A stretch of DNA of 64,000 nt from positions 434,001 through 498,000 of the forward strand of contig RSEE01000016.1 in assembly GCA_003971905.1 (NCBI GenBank). The letters run 5' to 3'. A model generated the notes under the pieces. The model made no database searches. It saw nothing but the letters and a program-made list of their open reading frames with translations, and was not told the DNA's origin. A program made the position numbers and the translations under genes. The stretch is from Moniliella sp. 'wahieum' (taxonomy: Eukaryota). How positions within the stretch are numbered: position 1 is the stretch's first letter; every line of letters starts with the position of its first letter. Shown one piece after another: positions 13,263 to 27,300 of the stretch.

Positions 13263-13986
13263 GGCCGAGAGAGATGGTCCTACCCGCACAACGGAGGGAT
13301 GGGTGAGATGTAGTGGTGCTCTGGGAGACAGCACGCTCGATGGACGCGGGGAGAGAGAAGCGGTGGCGGTGCGGTTCGCAGCGTGCTCTTGCTGACGGTG
13401 TCCGTGAGTCGCCGGCCTGCCCGCTGCAGGGGGGCTGCAAGGGGCGCAGCAGCAGGGGCCAAATGGTGCGTCTGCCGATACCACCCGTCTGATCCACTCA
13501 GGCGAGCAGCAGCCGAAAGCACGCTGCCGGCGAGAAGAGTATATATATACGCCACATCCCTCCCCGTTGCATATGGGATTCCCTGCGGTTAAGCGGTGCA
13601 GGCGGTCCCACCCCCCAGGGATTTGGGTATGTTCGCTCTCTATTCTCACTCCCTCGCTCCCTCCTGCATTATTAGCCTCCCTATCCACTCGATCCACAGA
13701 GCCACCAACGGAGGGGCCCTGCAGCACGACTCAGCTCACAACATGCCACATCTCTTCAGATCTAACGCTCCCGCCTTCCAGCACGTCATATCCAACAGGC
13801 CCGGCGCCCCTCGCCCAACGGTGCTCTGTATGTATATGCACTAAAGCTACCGGCCGCATGTCCAGGCCCATCCGTCCTGTATGTAACAGATCAGGTGGCA
13901 CCAAAAACCATGCCAGTGCCCTCCCCTACATAGCACATCCACACTCCCCTTCGTCGCCATGCCATCATGCATCAAGCTCCATCAGA

Positions 13987-16207
13987 TTAGAACAAGCCGA
14001 GCAAGTCCTCCTCGGGCTTGGGCGCCTCGGATGCGCCCCCCACTCTGGGGGGTGCCGGTCCCAATGAGGACGTCTGCGATGCTCCCAACCCAGTCTGCCC
14101 CTCCGAGCTTGGTACCGCGTCAAACAGGCCTAGCAAATCGTCCAGCTGCGACGGCGCCGACACACCAGCCCCGCCCGCCCCACTCGACCCATTTAGCGTG
14201 GGTTGCAGCGAAAGGGACGCCATTCCGGACATGGGAGGTGTATCGTCCTGCAGGCTCAGTAAATCCTCCAATCCACCCAGTCCAGTTGCTGCAGACGGCA
14301 CCGATCCGCCAGGACTGGCTGGCGTGTCATCATCGTCAAACCCAATCAGGATCTCCGAGGTGGTACCCTGGACAACCGTCTGGAGTGCCTTTTCTCGAGA
14401 GATATTATGCTGCCCGCACGCCCACGCGCCACATCATCTGCACCCATTCTCCCCTTGCCCACAAACGTAGATTCGGGCTTGTGGTAGGCTGCTGCAAGGC
14501 TTCCCAACTCTGCCAACAGTTCATCTAGCAGAGCCGGTGATAAAGTGGAGAGGGGGATGGAAATGGGAGGATGCGACGCCAAAATCACTGCTTTGCTCAC
14601 TTCTTGGTCTGGGCTGGAGAGGAGGCGCCAGTAAATGAATGCCCGGTCCCGCAGGTCAGGCAATTCGACCTCCTTGGTAGCCAGCTCGAGTACGCGCTGA
14701 ACCAACTCGCGTCCCGCATCGGGTTTCTTGAGGAAAAGCTTGACGACCGCGGTCAATGTCTGAAACTGAACACTGTGTTGTTCCTCGACAAACGTGTCGA
14801 GAAAAGAGGCAAGCAAATCCTCGCTGTGGTAATCTTCTCGGCATACTCGCCCACAATCCAAATGAGAGATGCCTTGGCCTCTGGTTCGTCCAGGTCTTCC
14901 AAGTTGGAGCACAAGGTGGGAATGATGCCCTCGTAGTTGCTCGGGTACTTGCGGAAGATGTCTTTGATCACGACGATCGCCTCTTGCACCACGTAGCTCA
15001 CTCGCGTTCCAATCAGATCCAGCAACACGTGCACACACCGTTCCGCCGCCTCATCAATCTTGATCGCGCACTGTCCAATGGCACGGATGGAACGACGAAC
15101 AAAATCCACGTCCACCTCTGCCGCATACTCCTTCAGTTCGCTCAACAGCATGTCCACATTGCGCACATTGGCCAGCTTGACCATAATCTCCAACTTCTCC
15201 ACCTTGACGTAGGAAGGATCGTTGTACTTGCAGAAAAAGATGCGCAGCTCATTGTTCAGCAATCGGGGTACTTTTGCAAAATGAGGTTCACATTGCGCAG
15301 GGCCACCCATTGCACCTCAGGCGCTGAAGAGATGGGGTGACGAGAGGGGGTGCCATTTTGCGGATGAGTTGTTTCCTAAAATCCTCCTTCTTCACCGTGT
15401 CCATGTGGATCAAAATCACTTTGACCGCACCCAACACCACTGACCCATTGGCATGCTGAAACTGGGGCATAGCTCGCTCGCAAATGTGCTCGGCCTCTTG
15501 CTCGTCGCTGGTCTTGTAGGCGGAGGGCGTTGAGGATGGCGATGCAGCCCCATTCGGTGCACTCGTTGAGCGCAATCAGCAGTTTTTGAAGAGTGCGTGC
15601 GTCGATGACAAAACATCGGAATTGGCATCCGACTTGCGCCATCTCGTGAATGTCGGTCAAGGCTGTGACCGCATTGGCCACGACCATAGGGTTCGAGTCT
15701 CCCACCACTCTTGGAGACGAGTCAGGAAGCCGCCCTCAATGGCAAGCTCCGGCTTGAGATCATACAGCTTCGCAACGCAGATCGCAGCCGTCTTGCGCAC
15801 ATATGGGTTTTCGTCGCGCAGGCCTTTGGCAAGAGGGTCGGCAAGGTAGTCGATGATCTTCTCGGCGCGCGAGACAGCCCATGGTGCGCAGGCGAGGGCG
15901 CGGATGAGCGGGTTGATGTCCTCCGAGTCCTTGACAAATGTGTTGACGGCAAGAATGACGAGTTCTGGCTGGGTTTTGGCATAGTTCATAAGGTAGAGGT
16001 AGACGAGCTTCTTTTGCTCCACGTCGTCCGTCTGGCCGTTCTTGAGGACCGAAGCAAACAGCCCTGACACATCCTTCCCGATGGTCATGTTGGCAATGAC
16101 TCGCTTGATGGCATCCTTGCGGCGGTCGCGATACTCGGAGTTGAGGTCGGCCAGCAGCTCGAAGTTTCGCCCTTGCGCGGGGCTGAAAAAGAGCGTGGCC
16201 TGCTCAT
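13987..16207 (-). CDS. APL2: AP-1 complex beta subunit (beta-adaptin); frameshifted
   Basis: [115 protein letters not shown]-terminal DLL clathrin-binding-type motifs (EEDLLGLF*). Confidence 0.92.
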
Positions 16208-16951
16208 GGACGCAGAGCGGGCAGCGGGGTCGTCGTGGCAGCACGAGTCGAATGGCAAGCTGCCTTCCTCGCCTGCGCCACGAGCGATGCTGAGCCTCCG
16301 GCCTCTGATGACGCTGGCCACCTGGCGGCGCCACCCAGCTGACGTAACCGACACCTAGTGTCCGGTGGCCACGGCACGTGACCGGGTGACCCGAAGTACG
16401 CCAGGCCGAAGATGCATGCGTGATGCTGATGGTTGAGGCCCCCTTTCCTGATACGACGAGTGCTGTGCACCACTGTCTTTGCTTGGCCCCACTACACCAT
16501 TGTCAGCCAGCCCGAGCAGCCCAGCCAACGTGAGCTAGACCACGCATTCACCGGCCTCACCAACCTCTTGGATCCCCGTGCCCAGGGCCTGAGTCCTGCT
16601 TCCCACTCTGTGCGCCGCTTTCTTTGGGAATTGTGTGGGGCGTCTTCCAAGAACAGCTCCTGAGAGAGATATGCTGGCGCCGATATACACCACATGAGAA
16701 GTGTTGTGGATTGACTGAACTCTGCCTCCTCCTTCTAGCTCACCCCCAAAGTACCCCCCAGAGTGGTTACGTCCCTATAACAATGCGCGGGCGCAATTAT
16801 TCGAAGCGCTCTTCCATCAGCAGCCTTTTCCCCTCCCCCCCCCTCCACACACCACATGCCCAAAATGTTGTGAGTGGCACTCCCTATAGTTAGAGGTTTG
16901 GTTGCGCCGCGCTCCCACATTGCGCATCCACTTTGTTTCAATTGTAAGCCG

Positions 16952-17114
16952 TGTTAAAACACGAGGAAAAGGCCTACGGAGAGAAGAAGAGAGAGAGAGG
17001 AGGTGATGGATCTATTCCAAGAGAGGAGCCATTAGGGGGCAGAACATAGGGGAGAGTCGGATAGAACAGCGCGATGCGTGATGTGGATCGGCTGCATGCA
17101 TGATGGCGCTGACA
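16952..17114 (-). repeat. 3' LTR of copia A
   Basis: Direct repeat of 22080-22244 with several substitutions/indels; TG..CA ends. Confidence 0.95.
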
Positions 17115-17165
17115 GCCCCACCACGACTCGACGCTAGGATCCGACGAGATTGGAAGAGTGACAAA

Positions 17166-20100
17166 TCAAGAGCCAGCTGGCGAGGAGGAATCTGAGCCGA
17201 AAATGGGCTTGATGCGGGAAGTCTCCTCAGCCCCACCAGGATCCGGCGTGAGCGTGAGGTAGCGACCTACACTGGAGCGTTGAACCGTATACGGTAGGAG
17301 CTTGGTAAAATCATTCGCGGGGTTCTCGGTTCCAAGAACCTTGTGCCACAAAATGCGCCCCGAATCGACATGTCGCGGAACCATGGTGCGAATGTCCATA
17401 TGACGAAGGCGTCCAATGAACCAGGCGAGAGATAATTGACAGGGCAACAGCCGAGTCGCTATAGAGATCCACCGGACAGTTGGAAGGTACTAGTTGAAGC
17501 TCGACCCATGAGGTTACGAATGCGGAGAGCGTCGCGGCGCCCTCACTAATAGCCATCATCTCAGCTTCAGCGGTCGAAATTGCCGTAATGGTCTGCTGGG
17601 CGCTGCGCCAGTGTACTAGGGCGCCAAAAACAAACACAGCGACCCCTGTTACCGACTTGCGTGTGACCCTGTCGCCGCCCCAATCGCTATCGGTAAATAC
17701 GGCAATAGGAGGTGCCGTTCGATTGATCCTGAGACGCAGAGACCAATCCAATGTACCACGGAGGTAGCGGAGGACATGGTTGTGCGGCGCTGCGGTGTGC
17801 AGCAGAGGGATCCTTGTTCCAACGACTGAGGAGATGTACGACAAATGACAGGTCGGGCCGGCAGGTCTGCGCGGCCCAGCTGAGGCTCTGCACAATCGAC
17901 ATATAGCGCTTATGCTCGGCGACAGTGGCAGGGGCTTCGTCTGGTGGACGTGGCGGGAGAGGTGTATCAGGATTGATAGGCAAACGAACAGGGTTGCACT
18001 CGAGCATGTCGGTGCGGGCGAGTAAAGCTAACAGAAATGCACGCTGGTCGCAGTCAAAACCATCAGGGCGAGTAACATAGTGCACACCCAGCATCTTACT
18101 GAGAGGACCCTTGTCGCCAATCTTGATGTTGAGACCGAGTTCGTCCATGAATGCGTCAAAAGCAGCTTGGGACGGGGCCATGGCCATTCCGTCATCACAG
18201 TATATTGCCAGCATGATGGTCGTATTCGCTCGTTTGCGTATCCATACGTCCTGTTCTGTTACCGTCGAGCGGAAACCAATATCTCGTAGCTTGCTGGCGA
18301 GGTGGCGGTGCCACGCAGCGCCGGAGGCTGCAAGGCCATAGAGGGACTTCTTGAGTCGCCAAACGTTTGCTTTGTCGGTGAGAAAACGATCGGGAGGCTT
18401 AACGTATACCTCATAGGGAATGGGGGCATGGAGATATGCACTCTTGCAGTCAAAATAATATGCCTGGAGGCCTTGCGCTTTACCTCCCACGGCTACGGTG
18501 CGAAAAGACTGATGTGCTGCGCCACTCGAGAATGTGAGGGCCTTGGGCAACTCACTTGTATCCTCCTGGTTTCCTTGAACCACAATACGGGCTTTCCGTT
18601 TTAGGAACATATTCTCTGGGGTGACGCCAACACTGTAGACGGTGCGGGCACCCAAGATCTTCGTTCCGGCCGGAGGGCGTGGCACTTCTTCAAAGGCATC
18701 CATGGATCTGAGCCCGTCAAGCTCAATGTGTTCGGCCTGGCGCCACTGGGGCCACTCAGAGGTGGCCATTGCTTCACGCTCGTCCGAGGGGCAAGGGCAC
18801 ACCGTCAGCAGTGGTGCCGACGGTCGGGGGAGGGATGCGGAAACGGCGTTGCCGGCGGGGAATGGCTTTCTTTTTCGGGCTTGGTGTAAGGGATGCGGTG
18901 GCAGGATCAGGGGAAGAAACAGTAATAGTAGGGGGATTGGGTGGGACAAAGGGGGATGACGGGCGGTGCGCGCATGGCCCGTTGGGCTCCAATCGGGATC
19001 AAGCTCAGCTGGCGGCTCATCCGTCAAGGGAGGCGCATGCGCATCCTTGGGTTGATAGAAATCAGGGGGGTGACGCGCCCGAGCCGGATTGCGACGGGGG
19101 CAGCTTCAGCCCCACCAGGTGTAGAAAATTCAGCCCCACCAGGTGTGGAAACTTCAGCCCCACCAGTGTATATCCGGACGGTCACGAAGCCCATCCGGTG
19201 GCGTACCCGGCAACGATTGGGCCTGGCGTATCGCCAGCCCGGGGTTTGTGGGATCCCACATGACGTCGGTGCACCACGCCCTGTACGAGCTGTGGCCGTC
19301 TTCTGTGATAAACTCAAATTCGTATCCCTTGGAGCCGAGCGGATCGAATCCGACTAGCATGCCAGGGCGGGCGCGCGGCGCGGCGCGGTGGCCGCGCTCG
19401 GGACCTAACAAAGTACACAGCCGGCCGCACCCCAGGGTGCCCCAAAATAAGAGCTGCGTGGGAGGGGGCGGTCGTGATAGCGTTCAAATGGTGAGGGGGC
19501 GCCCAATGCGGCCGACACACTAACGTTGGCATACAAAGCTGCCGCGACAGCGGCGTCGGCCCAGTACTGAGACGGTGCGCGGGCGCTGGCGAGGAGGACG
19601 CGGGTACGCTCCTGTATAGTGCGAGCGGCGCGCTCGGCGTGGCCATTCTGCTGGGAGGTGTAGGGAGTGGTGGTGGTGTGCTGGATCGGTGCATGACCGG
19701 CAGCAGTGAGGAGGTGCGGGACACGGGAAAACTCAGTACCGCCATCAGTGTGGAGACGGAAAAGACTGGCGCCGTGGCGGGCGAGGAGGCGGCGCTCCTC
19801 GAGGAGAATTAAGTTGGCTAGTGCCATTGCAGCGTCGCTCTTGCGCACCAGCGGAATGGCCCAGAGATAGCCGGTGCAGTCGTCGACTACGACAAGTAAA
19901 TTGCGCTCACCCTTCAGCCCCGTCGGCCAATCCGTCACTAGATCGGCATGCAAGTGCGCCAATGGGGCAACTGCACGTGCCGTGTGGCTCTCAGGGAACG
20001 GGCGTCGGGTGCCCCGCCCCGCCGCGCACGCCTGACAAACGCAGGCCGCGTCGGCCTCGGCTGCATGGGCCTGGGTGGAAGTGATGCGTTGCGCAACTGG

Positions 20101-21896
20101 CCCCGTGGCCGTGAGGCGGGGAAGCTGGCGCCAACCAACATGGCCATGGCGGGCATGAGCAGCCAGTATCCGGGCATAGTCGGCCACGGCGGCACGGGCG
20201 TGGGCTTGAATGGGGACGTTGGGGACGTCGCAGTGGTAATCAACCACATAGCCATTAGCGGTACGGTCGTAGCGAGCAACAATTGCGGGATCGCTATGGA
20301 TCACAGCGCCTTGGCGGTGTGCAAGGAACTCTACTATGACCAGCGGCATTAGCCTGCGGTACAGAGAGTAAGTCATGGTCCAATTGGGGAACAAGCAAGC
20401 AGTACAAATCAAGGACACATTCAGTTTGGACTGTGGAAGCCGGGAGAGCGGACCCGCTTCACCCCACAGCCTGTCACCGCAAGCTTCCTAGACGCGCCAG
20501 CCAACTCAACCCACCCAGTCGCTGGCTCGAGGAAATGAAACCCTCGGGCGAGCGAACCATGCTGGGCGTCGCGCCGCTGTCAACTACCAGCTTGTGGAGC
20601 GCAAATGCAGTGGTGGGTGGTGGCGAAGACTGCGGATCAGGAGGCGGAAAAGAAACGGGGGGTAGGCCTTGCTTGCTCACGGTAGGGCAATAGGCTCTTC
20701 GAATGTCGGGCTGATGGTAAGGCCAGAGACGAGGGGTAGTAGGGAGGCATATAGGTGCCGGTGAATATGGTGAATACACCGGGGGAGTAGTTCCTCGGGC
20801 GTGGGCGTAACGGCTCACTGCTGTGGCCGGATACGAAAAATTGGAATGATTTAAGTTGCGCGACGTCGACATGTTCTTCAACTCCGGATGCAGCGACCAG
20901 CATTGTGCCTCTACATGTATTCCGTTGGGATGAAGACGACAGGGGCCAGTGCGCTCCGCGCGCGCGCCCTTTTCTTGTGCGAAGGAACAGTTTTGGTGAC
21001 GAGAAATGTATCCTCAATGTCTAGGAACTGCAGTGCTTGGCTCCGGGTTTTGCCCTGGAGCTGTTGCTCTTTCACGCGATTTGGCTCGGGGCAGCTATTG
21101 GCAAGAACGCTCCAAGCACGAACACTGAGCGGGAGTCCAATCATTTCGCCGATGCCCACGATCCGTTCGATGCGGGCAAGGAACATGCGCGCCGTCTCCT
21201 GTGCCGCAGGCTTAAGGGCGTCGAGACGGGAACTGATATCACTCTCAAGTTTGACTTGGCTGGGCCGATTGCGCTCGCACATGTTCCGGTACATGCCCGA
21301 GGCCGAGCCGCAGGCAACGTGACTCTGCGTGGTCGAGTCACATTTGGTTAAAAGGACATACTCGAGCCTCCTGTCGATCAGGGCTTCCTCCGAGAAGAAG
21401 GACCGTTGACGACTAGGTCCAGGAACTGGTATGCCGAGAGCTGGTTGCGCGTATCATAATCATAATCTAACCAATGCGTCGTTCCGAGTTCCCATGAGGG
21501 CAAACTGTTTCCTTTAGCCAGCGCCCTGATCATCTCCTCTTCCATGGAACGTGTCTGAGAAGGGATTTTGGAAATCATCATCGCAGTACTTTGAATGCCG
21601 TACTTGCGGACAAAATAAGGATACTCGTGCGTGAATGCAGGATTGTGAATTGCATCTTGTGCCTGTTCCGTGGACCACTCGGGGTGGACATCTTGGAGAT
21701 GCAACAAGAACATGAGCTCATGACGGGTTAGGTTAATTTTCGGGGAGTGTTGCCTCTCGACGGAGGGGGTTGTGCCATCGTGGGCAATTGGGGCGTCTTC
21801 ACCGTCCAGACGCCCGGAGGCGGTGCTGGGGTTGGCGCGGGGAACTGCGGGCTCCTCTTGGGTAGCTTCGGCAGGGAGAATGGCGTCGGCAGGCAT
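17166..21896 (-). CDS. Gag-Pol polyprotein of copia A, multiply frameshifted
   Basis: Gag ATG at 21896; protease LVVDSGAT; integrase AHARHGH..CQAC, LHADLV..VVDDCTGY..LHTDGGTEF..QNGHAERAART; RT KARIVVQG, DCKSAYLHA, LKKSLYGL, YCDD; RNase H FTDSDWGGD..RKSVTG..STAEAE..YSDS..HMDIR. Confidence 0.9.
19106..19170. repeat. 24-bp tandem repeat (about 2.7 copies) in the IN-RT linker of copia A
   Basis: TTCAGCCCCACCAGGTGT(A/G)GAAA(A/C) repeated; encodes GGAE(V/F)STP on the minus strand. Confidence 0.85.
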
Positions 21897-22079
21897 GCTG
21901 TCGGCGCGGGTTACGCTTCTTCTTGGAAAGGGGTGGAAAAACAGTATCGGCTCCGGAACGGAGGCCAGGCATTCAGCCGTGTTGGGTGGGGGTATAGGTG
22001 GGGAAAATATAAGTAGGGCTCAGGCGGGCAGACGAGAGAGGTAGTCTCCGCCTACTCAGAGGATAATGTGGGCTCAACC

Positions 22080-22244
22080 TGTTAAAACACGAGGACAAAG
22101 GCCTACGGAGAGAAGAAGAGAGAGAGAGGTGGTGATGGATCTATTCCAAGAGAGGAGCCCATTAGGGGCAGAACATAGGGGAGTCGGATAGAACAGCGCG
22201 ATGCGTGATGTGTGTGATCAGCTGCATGCATGATGGCGCTGACA
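22080..22244 (-). repeat. 5' LTR of copia A
   Basis: Direct repeat of 16952-17114, adjacent to the PBS on the minus strand. Confidence 0.95.
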
Positions 22245-24392
22245 AGCCGCACGTGTAGTAGACACCACTGGCGCATTCCTCTGTTCTTCCTTACCCACCA
22301 CCTCTTCGCTCAACTCTTTGCTTCGTTCTCGCTCATATCTGCTTCTGGTATAGCTCTGCCTACCGTGTAGTACCTCGCTACACGATCATATGGATCAGGA
22401 ATGTGCAAAAAAGGAAACAACCCATCATTAACATCATTGGAGGCCTTTGTGGTTTTTGTTACCAAGAAAATGAATGCGATGCTGTGGGAGAGGGTATTAT
22501 ACTGATGACAAAAGAGAGAGAAGAGGAGAATGAAACCATTACGGTGGTGTATTATGCCCTTCGTACCATTGGGTCATTTCATCCTTTCTTAAACTACCTA
22601 GCTCAACACTAAGGATCAGATGGATCAGGACAATACGATGATATACAGTTTGATTCGGGATATAGCCTGGTCACCTCTTGCCATACATGATATATCCACT
22701 GCTCCTTCTCACTAACGCGTCTTGTCCCTTCGTGGGTCAACAGAAAAACTTGCATTACAGTCCTACATGCCATGTATTTGAAACGGATGCCCCACTATCG
22801 CACTCATAGAGACATTGATAACTCATCCACCCTTCCCACACTTGCGGGCTTCTAATCTTCTATAATGAAGTTTTCGCTATAGGACAGTGGAGGAATATCT
22901 GTTTGCTCTGGATCCCCCCATCAGCGCTAATCTTTTGTACTCAAAACATGAGAAATGTGCGTGGATAGCTTTCATGGAGGGAAAACAATGAAGAAGAAAC
23001 GGTCAAATCATACGCATATGTGTAAACTGTCGTCTCAGAGGGCGGTGGGGTGAGAGAGAAAGGAAGAAGATCAGTTGGCCGAGATCAGAGAGGGAATGGA
23101 TTCATTGGCTTTTTAATATTGCTGGACGATGAAGCAAGGGTTAGTTGGTGTTGGTGGTGTATGTAGATCAAAAGAGAAGAAGCTTGAAGTAGCAACTTAC
23201 AGCCGTTACAGGATATGACTGTGCATGTGTGGTGTGGGTTGTTTTGTCACATCTCTGTTGCCAGTGTCAGGCCTGAGGACCCCTTCAGTGTCGTCGGGGA
23301 CGACACAAAAGGTATGGTCCGGTATGGATTATTGTGGACGAGACGCGGGTTATGTGCGACCAAGACTGGCAACACGGTATCGAGCATTGGAAAAGGAACG
23401 TATACTCAGGAGTCTCTGGCATGGGAGAGATCGTTCATCGCCGACTGATCAATCTCGTTCATCGCTCTACACTCATGTCCATGTATATGAATACCACACG
23501 CTCATTCGTATCCGCCCGCGCGACATGCGGTTTGGAAAGGTGGAAGAGGGTCATACGAGTACCCCACGTTGGCTTTCTCATTGCGCTGGCTCGAACTGAC
23601 AGCAAGCACACCGCATGTCGATGATGAGCCAGCCTGTGGTATTGCAAGCGCAGCACATCTTTGTCCCCTTCTGACGGTGTGCAGATGCCATATGGAGACC
23701 GGCGGTGTGATGCTACCGAGGCAACATGTGATGTTCCGATCATCATCAGTGCATCAGTACGTTCAGTACATATCAGCACTCGTCTCAGATCTTGGGATGC
23801 CAGAATCTCAGATCTCAGGCACTCCGACGCAGGCACAGACGGGCACTGGCCCAGCCCATCGCCAGCCAGGCACACACCTGCACACACCCGTGCGTGGCGC
23901 GTGATGCATGATGCATTGCATGATGCCGCGTGAGCGTGATGCGATTCGTGGCGGCACGGCTGGGGCCGCACTGGGGCAGTATTGGCGGGTGGCGCGGCAT
24001 GTGCCGTGCATATTGCATGGGCACTGGAGCACAGTGTGGTTTAGCACTCTCCTGAGCATCTCCTGGGCAGCGCCTGGCAGGGCTGGGCACTGGCTGGGCG
24101 CTGACGCCCTGAGATCTGAAGGCTGTCAGAGCATCGAGTGGTGGCCGCATGGGTGCAGCCTGCGTGCAGCGGGCGCTCTGCGCCTGTGTCCGCTGGCTAG
24201 CCGCTGCCAGGGGCTGCCTCCGCCTTGGTACGTGGATATACGCTGGCTGCGTCGAGCAGCCGTTGATTAATGATTACAGCTTGCTTTGCCTTGGCCAAAG
24301 CGCCAAGCGCTAACCGCTCCCATCACCCCATCACAAAACGCCCTCCCCCGCGCTCTCCACCTCCTCCTCCTCCACCACCTCCGCTGCGCCCC

Positions 24393-27300
24393 ATGGCCGT
24401 CCCCCACCCCCCGCCTCCCCCGGCCGTGGTGACTTCAGCGGCACCGCAGCCGCCCCCCGGGTACCAACCGCTCCTAACCCGGCACTCCCTTCCTCGCCCC
24501 CCTCTCCTGCTGGCCCGCCGCTGTTCTCATCGGCCGCGTCTGTTGTGCCACCTCTGCCCGCGGTGTTCGATCCTCATGCTGCACCCCCGCCCCTGTTTGA
24601 CGGCGCCCCTGTCCCCAACACTGCTATGCCTATGCCCCTGTCGTCTGTTGTCTCGGCTCACCCCCCAGTCACACATCCACATGCCTCGCCCCTGTTGCCC
24701 TCCGCTCCGCCCGCTTTTGCAACACGTGTCCATCGTCCCACCGGCCCAGCCTCCATCGCTCCCCTGCCCCTGCCTGAGATGGTGGGATCCAATCACGTCG
24801 CACCCTGGGGCACCATCCTCGTTCTTCTCCCTGTCGAGATGCAACACGCCTTCTCCTCTGCCAATTCGTCCTCCCAGACACCTGCTTTGCTTTCAGTGGT
24901 GGACCAGGTCATTGCGCCGTTCGTCAACTTGGTCCGCGATCGCCTTCTTATTGCTGCCAAGCTGCACACCCTCCTGAGTCGCAACGCTACCTTGGACGTC
25001 ACTTCCGTTCCTGCAGCTTCCGTTGAACCAAAACTGGACGTGGGCACCGTCTTCTATGGGACACGCTCCAGCGATGCATCCCCCATGCCTTCCGGATTCG
25101 GTTCATCCGCGGATTCTTCAATATACTCCATTCCATCCGTACAGTCTATACCCTCCAATCTGCACCGCAAGCCTTGGAGTCACTGCGTCAAAGGGCGTTT
25201 CCTTCTGCCTCCACCCCTAAACTGTCTGAACCCGATTGGCTCCGTACGGACGCCCTTGATGCATTCTGTGACCAAGCCGCATTGGACTCGACAGGCACAC
25301 CGCTTGAGCCTTTGTTCTATTCCGGCATACCGTCACCGGAGGAGGAAGGATCGAGTGCTGTCTTGCACGAACTCTTGTCACTTGGACGGGCTGAAGCTCC
25401 GTCTGTTTCAGAAGAGAGGAAGGGTATTCTCCTGGCCGAAGCACTTGTGGCTGCCCTTGAACTTCTTCCTTCTCTTCAAACAGAGCCTACCTCTACCTTG
25501 CTTCATCCTTCCCATGCGCCCCTCTCTCCGGCTCCCTCACCAAGCCCATCTTCTGGTGTAGGTGGATCGGAATCGCGCAAACGCAAACGGGATGCCCCGG
25601 CAGCGTCAAACTTTCCCAGCACACCCACGTGCGTTTACCTCTTATCTTTCCTCCAACCCGTAGCCGGGACAACGGATTCAGCGTTCTCTTCTCTTCCATG
25701 TCTTTCCAACGAACGGAGCGTGAACGACAACCTGTGTTGGACTCAGGCCGCCGAACTGTTAGCAGGGCAGGCTGTCTTCCCTTGTACGGTTGTCCTTCGT
25801 AACGAAAAGGACAAGACCCATGCGGTCCATGGCTTGGATCCTGCCTCTTCTGCCGGACGATTGCATAATCTTCTCTGTGGCAGTTCAGAGGCCAGTTCAC
25901 GCACCCATTCGGATCCCATTCGCCTTTTCCCCACGGTTGCTCAAGTTGGTAGAGTCGCCTTGACGGGCCTCACAACCCGCAGCAAGACGATGGGCTCAGG
26001 GTGGGGGAAGAACTTGCCACCTTTACCGGCATCCCATTTGCTTTGGCCCAAGCACCCGCCCAAGTCGAAGGAAGATACACCTTTTTCCTCCCCTTCATTG
26101 GGGCATCGAGAATGTGCGCTTTTTGCCCTGCGCAGGATGCAGGAGTGGCAAGCGGGCCGTGTGCTGGTTTCGTTCCAGCTGCGGGATGCGTATCAGCAAG
26201 TGCCCTCCTACTTGGAGCACAATCAAAAGCTGGCAGCTCGTTCCGCGTCTTCTTCCCATCATCCACCGAGCCGCACTTTTCTTACACGCGATCCCGCCCC
26301 GGTTGCAGTGGCCACGTCTTCCAAACAGACCAATGCTCCTGCGAAAACGGTGCCTGTGGGTCCCAGCAATATTCGAGCGCAATCTGATCTACCGGACCCC
26401 AAGTTGGTCATTCTCGCGTTGCGACAATCAATGACCAATGGCATGGCGGGCGTGACCGGGGATACGGTGCAGGGGTTCCACAATCTGTTGCGGCAGCTCC
26501 TTACCCTGCAACGGGCTGCGTTGGCGCTGCACCTAGCCCAAAAGCTGTCAAAGGAGAAAAAGTACCCTCCGGCCAGCAACTTATCGAGCCGGAAGCAACC
26601 AACTTTGCTGCTATCGATACGGCCCAGGCCGCCCTGCTCACATTGCAGAAGAAGGTATACGGCACAGTGGGGGCGCTGGCGGAAGGACGGGTAGCCAAGG
26701 ACGCCGAAGACAACCCGCAAGGTCCGACAGCAGAAATGCGAAGGAAACAGTTGCTTGTCGAGCTGAATAAGGAGCTTATCGCCATTGACAGGGCCGCACG
26801 CGCTGCGGGGGTGACGCTGCACACATCGTCCCCCAACCATCCTCAGGTGAACGCGCCCCCTGCCCCGACCAGCACCGATCCTAGTCCGGCCCAACCTGCT
26901 ATTATTTCCCTCGTACCCCCCGCGCCTCATGGTAAGAGCAAGGCCTGGGAAAAGGTCACGGTGCGCGAAGTCGTGTACCGTGGTAACATCACTTGGTCGA
27001 CTCCCGACCCCAAGGCCAAAGACAAGGGTGTGCGCAAAGACGTTAGGACACATATTACTGCCACAGTAGCGCGGGAGGCGAACCGAGCTGATGTGTACGT
27101 GCTTCTCATCGTTTCCATTGGGCTCCAGGCCACTAACAATAACCGTTTCTTCAGCTTGCTACCCTGGCCACGATCGTTGGCCATCAGCTCCATCGACCCG
27201 GTCAATGTGCAGGCAGTGCAGCAGTATGCTCAGGCTCATTCCATCCCCGTTCTTGTCGTCACACCTACCCAGCCAGCTGGGTTAGGGGAGAAAGAGCTGA

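Larger units (their letters stand above)
16952..22244 (-). mobile_element. Ty1/copia LTR retrotransposon A, full length (about 5.3 kb)
   Basis: TG..CA LTRs at 16952-17114 and 22080-22244; 5-bp TSD AGCCG at 16947-16951 and 22245-22249; PBS-like GGTTGAGCCC at 22070-22079(-); PPT-like GTGGTGGGGC next to the 3' LTR; gag-PR-IN-RT-RH order. Confidence 0.96.
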
